Origin: Camelus ferus
Taxonomy: Eukaryota
Assembly (NCBI RefSeq): GCF_009834535.1
Contig: NC_045713.1
Coordinates: 6,758,001-6,822,000, forward strand
Reading direction: 5' to 3'
Length of the DNA stretch: 64,000 nt
Within the stretch, counting starts at the first letter, position 1. Each line of letters starts with the position of its first letter. Shown in pieces: positions 60,501 to 64,000 of this stretch. Position numbers and translations under genes: made by a program. The notes below the pieces were generated by a model. The model searched no databases. It had not been told where the DNA came from and saw nothing but the letters and a program-made list of their open reading frames with translations.

Positions 60501-63303
60501 GAGACTTGGCAGGGATGCGTGTGGAGGCTCTGGGTGATATGTCTATCAGAGAGCGGTTCTAGAGACGTGGAGTAAGTCCTTAATGGAGTATGTTTAAATC
60601 TAACACATTTCTTGCAGAGAAAGGGGCCCTGGAAGGTTGGTTGGGAATACTGAGGTCATCGGGCAACTTTAGGGAGCAGGAGGGATCCCAGAATAAGGTA
60701 GAACAGAGGCAAAGAGGAGAGGTTCTGGGGAAGGTGTACAGTTAAGAATGGCAGCTCTCTTCCAGGGCCGGACCCCAGATCCCTGCTCTCGAAGGCGAGG
60801 ACTGAGCCGGTGACAGATGCGTCTCCATACGCCCTCGGCATCGCACACTTTGTGGAAGTAGTGGCAGGTCTGGCCAAGAGCCACTACATCTCTGACCGGG
60901 AGGAATGAGATGATATGCTCCACCTGCGGGGGCGGGAGGGGGAAAGCAGGGGTCATGGGGGCCTGGCCCCCAGTCCTTTATTCTTAACACCAACTCTTGC
61001 CAAGGACTCACCAGCTCTGGGGGAAACAGCTGCACAGAAATAGGGTTTCCTCTCCCCTTCTTCTCTTCACCCCTAGGCTCTGGGCCACACGAAGGGCAGC
61101 TGCGCTTCACCTACCCAAGAAGGGGGCGCATAGGGGTTCCATAAGGGTCATGCCTCTTTCTCCCTTCTGTTAACTACTGTCGCAGGGGCTCATAGCTCTA
61201 ACTTCTGGCTCTGTGCTGTCACATCCTCCCATCTTTCTCTCTAGGTCCATGGGTTACCCCTCCCTGTCTGCCTTGTTCTTTGTCCAACTCCTTCAAATGA
61301 TCCCTCCCCTGATCTCTTGCTGCCATCCCTTGCCTTGCCGTCCCCACCCCTCACCCTGAGACCCTCCTCCCGTCCGCACAGCCCGGTGAATTTTTGCAGC
61401 TTCCGTCTCCGGCTTCTCCTCACCATCCTGACTGCCCCCTCCCTGCTCCAGCCCTCATCTCTCCGGGCCCCTTGGCCCCTCGTACTCAGCTCCCTGGCCC
61501 CCGTCCCAGCTGCCTTTCCCACACCATGTTCCCTGCCTGGGCTTGGGGGACCTCTGGGGCCCCTCTGCCTCCTAGGCCCCTCCCCCATGGAGTCTGGGGT
61601 AGACAAACCTCTGTGACCTCACTGCCCAGCCACTGTGACCTATTTTCCCCAACCTTGCCCCGGATTTTCTCTCTCAGCTCCTTGGCTCTACCTCAGTTCT
61701 AGCCACCCAGTGGCTTGTGGGATATGCATGACAGGAGAAATAAAGTGTGAACAACTTGGTAGATGAGACCTTTACTTTCAGGGAGTAGTAGTAGGTTTTT
61801 CCACTTGATGCCCTTTTAGCACCAACTCTGTAGAGAAACAGATGAATTCTTCATACCTCAGCAGGCCAGAGCCTCCAGGGGGTTTGTAGCTTGCAGATAT
61901 AAACTCAAAAAAAAAAAAAAAAAGTATAAACTCAGTTTGACAGGTGAGGGGGAAGAATGACTCCATTAATTAGACCATCTATCTCCTGAAAGCATGCACC
62001 AGATGAGACTGAAAACAACTGAGCACAAACTCTACAGTTTCATGAAACACATCCAAAAACAAACCACTCTCTTGGGACAGTAACATGATTGCATGTAGGA
62101 AGAGCAACCTATTAAGGTGGAAGAAAGGGATAGATTTACTCTGAAAGCTTAGGGTATCTCCCAGAGTCTAAGCTATTAATGTAGTCTCATGGGGACAGGG
62201 GGTGACATGGATGAGAAACAGTAGGAGTTGGGGCTGTGTCTGTCCACGTAGGGGGCAAAGGATCTTCACCAATCCATCCAAGGAACAGCTGGCTCTTCCA
62301 GGAACTCCAACGAATCCAGGCCTGGATAATCAGCCCTCAGCTCCACAGTATGACAGACTCATTGATTTACTGTGCTAGCTAACAGACTGTCAACCGTCCA
62401 ATCAAACTCCCATACTCAGGGGGACTAGTAAACAGCTAGTTTGGGATACATATGATGGAATTTTAATAATTCAATAAATGTTTAAGGAATATCAACATCT
62501 GAGATGTGACTTACGGGAAAGAACCTTCAGCTGTTTGTGGCTAGGCAACTATTAACCAGTTAAGTGTATTATATTATATTAGGTCTTTTTGCCCCCTAAC
62601 AGGATGTTAAGATCTCTCAGCGGACTGAACAAGTATCGGCAGCTTCCTCTTGTATCTGGGTCCCCTTAACCACCCCATTTCACCTCGGGAGGCGAACAGA
62701 AAAAAGCCCATCGCAAAAGCTGATGCAGGGGGGAGCCTGGCTTTTACTGCGACCTGTCGGTAACTTGCTGTTTGATCTTGACAGCTCATCAACTTCCCTC
62801 TGCCTCAGTTTCCTCATTTGTAAAACAGAGGATTTCTTCTAGATGCGGTGGTCCCTCTAGACTAACCCCCGCCTGGCCCCGCCAGGTCTGATCATCACAG
62901 TTGGGGCGGTATTTTCGAGGCTTTCCCCATCTCCCGTAACCCTCCCTCCAGGAGTTGAGCTGGGCATCTCCAGTCTCTGAGAAGCCGCCTGTCCGCCCGC
63001 CCGGGATCCAGAGACTGTCATGGGGTCCTCAGCCTCCGCAGCTGGAATGGCGGGTTCCTGCTGCTGCAACGACCCCCCGTGCAGTGGCCTCAGGCGTCGC
63101 CTTGCCTCCCTCTCCCCCAATCCCCACGGTCTCCCTGGCGCCTTCAAAGCTGCCTCGCTCCCTAACAAGTCTAGCTCGCATACACTAATGCAGTCGCCGT
63201 ACTGCTTCCAGCCGACCCAGCGCACCGCGGTCACATTCTTCACCTCAGTCTCAAAGTTCTAGCTCACCCGCCTCCTTAGCGAAGGGGCAGCCTTCTCGCC
63301 CAT
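54549..63303 (-). CDS. FBXO24: F-box protein 24 (F-box plus RCC1-like repeats)
   Basis: Exons 63268-63303 (MGEKAAPSLRRR), 61012-61110, 60740-60923 (F-box: VEHIISFLPVRDVVALGQTC), 59540-59778, 59067-59301, 58241-58399, [exon 7 inferred inside N-block 57840-57995], 57466-57597 (GNNRYGQLGTG), 55224-55394, 54549-54911 (TGA). Phases consistent. Confidence 0.95.
56140..57210. mobile_element. Old L1 and L2 fragments in FBXO24 intron 8
   Basis: Decayed L1ME-like (tttttttcacttaaaaatatgg...ctttccatgtc) and L2-like (ccatctatt...aatccattcctttctgtcc) segments. Confidence 0.55.
58855..59053. mobile_element. Short hAT/Charlie-type MITE with terminal inverted repeats
   Basis: Left CAATGGTTTCCAAAC versus right (reverse complement) CAGTGGTTTGCAAAC. 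Confidence 0.7.
60233..60421 (+). mobile_element. MER20 DNA transposon
   Basis: tttctcaacc...ctagtggcctctagtgggtagaggccagggatgttgctaaacattctacaatgca...ggttgaaaaatcctg. Confidence 0.85.
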
Positions 63304-63819
63304 GCTACTGGTAGGTAGACCCATCCTTCAGAGAAGAGGCCAGGCCAGGTTCCCTTTGGAGGATCTAACTGGCCTTTTTGACAGTCATTCGCCTGCATCT
63401 GAGTTGCGATTGGCCTTCGTTGGAAAAGGACCGGGGCTTGAGTTTCTTGGCCTCAATCCCTTCTAGTTGAGTGCCGGCGTCCCCGCCTCCTGATTGGACT
63501 TGATTGGCTTCATCTCCAGTCCCAAGGTTTGTGATTGGATGCGGTTGCGCGGGGCGGGCCGGCCTGGAGCGTCTGCAGTTGGCGATCGCTCGAGTCTATT
63601 CCCCCTCCCTTCTCTCGCCTCACTCCAGCACCGCAGTCTCCACCCTCTCGGCAGGTTCTGATTAGTCAGTTCCGACGAGCCTCGAAACCGCGATTGGTCC
63701 GCCGAGTCCCTGAGCCCGCTTCCTCCCCCTAGAAGCGACTACGGCGGCTCCGAGGAGGGGGAGGGGAAAGGAGGGACGGCCAGCCCCGTCAGTCAGGCAG
63801 CGGGAGCCGCCGGGAGCGG
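63304..63819. promoter_or_regulatory. Head-to-head FBXO24/LRCH4 bidirectional CpG-island promoter
   Basis: 516 bp between divergent ATGs; five ATTGG boxes and a GC box (ggggcgggc). Confidence 0.8.
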
Positions 63820-64000
63820 ATGGCGGCGGCAGTAGCGGCCCCACTCGCCGCCGGGGGTGAGGAGGCGGCGGCCACGACTTCCGTTCCAGGCTCTCCGGGT
63901 CTGCCCGGGAGCCGCAGTGCAGAGCGAGCCCTAGAAGAGGCCGTGGCCACCGGGACCCTGAACCTGTCTAACCGACGTTTGAAGTACTTCCCCCGGGGCG
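63820..64000 (+). CDS. LRCH4: Leucine-rich repeat and calponin homology domain protein 4, first coding exon (partial)
   Basis: ATG at 63820: MAAAVAAPLAAGGEEAAATTSVPGSPGLPGSRSAERALEEAVATGTLNLSNRRLKYFPRG..., open to the window edge. Confidence 0.93.
   Translation, partial: MAAAVAAPLAAGGEEAAATTSVPGSPGLPGSRSAERALEEAVATGTLNLSNRRLKYFPRG

Overview
Mammalian genomic DNA with the gene order I recall for human 7q22.1, read in reverse: the 3' end of GIGYF1 (+), GNB2 (-), ACTL6B (+), TFR2 (+), MOSPD3 (-), PCOLCE (-), FBXO24 (-) and the first coding exon of LRCH4 (+). I traced exon boundaries by hand. The visible exons of ACTL6B (426 aa), TFR2 (807 aa) and MOSPD3 (235 aa) splice into complete intact ORFs. 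GIGYF1, GNB2, PCOLCE and FBXO24 each have exon sequence hidden under N-blocks. One tRNA-derived SINE resembling the camelid Vic-1 type, and no Alu, Bov-A/BovB, PRE-1 or Can-SINE copies that I could recognise, suggests a camelid genome (inference). The rest is ordinary ancient repeat content (L1, L2, MIR, MER-class DNA transposons, MaLR/ERV LTRs) plus CpG islands. I found no new gene family or system. The best leads are regulatory or splicing features: a candidate in-frame 75-nt Trp-rich cassette exon between the PCOLCE CUB1 and CUB2 exons, twin palindromic RFX X-boxes in GNB2 intron 1, a split REST/RE1 site with a GC-box spacer just upstream of the ACTL6B ATG, seed sites for three miR-17~92 families in the GIGYF1 3'UTR, and atypical introns (U12-type in ACTL6B, GC-AG in TFR2, a degenerate donor in FBXO24). 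Gene names, repeat-family names and human comparisons are from memory, not database searches; repeat boundaries are approximate.
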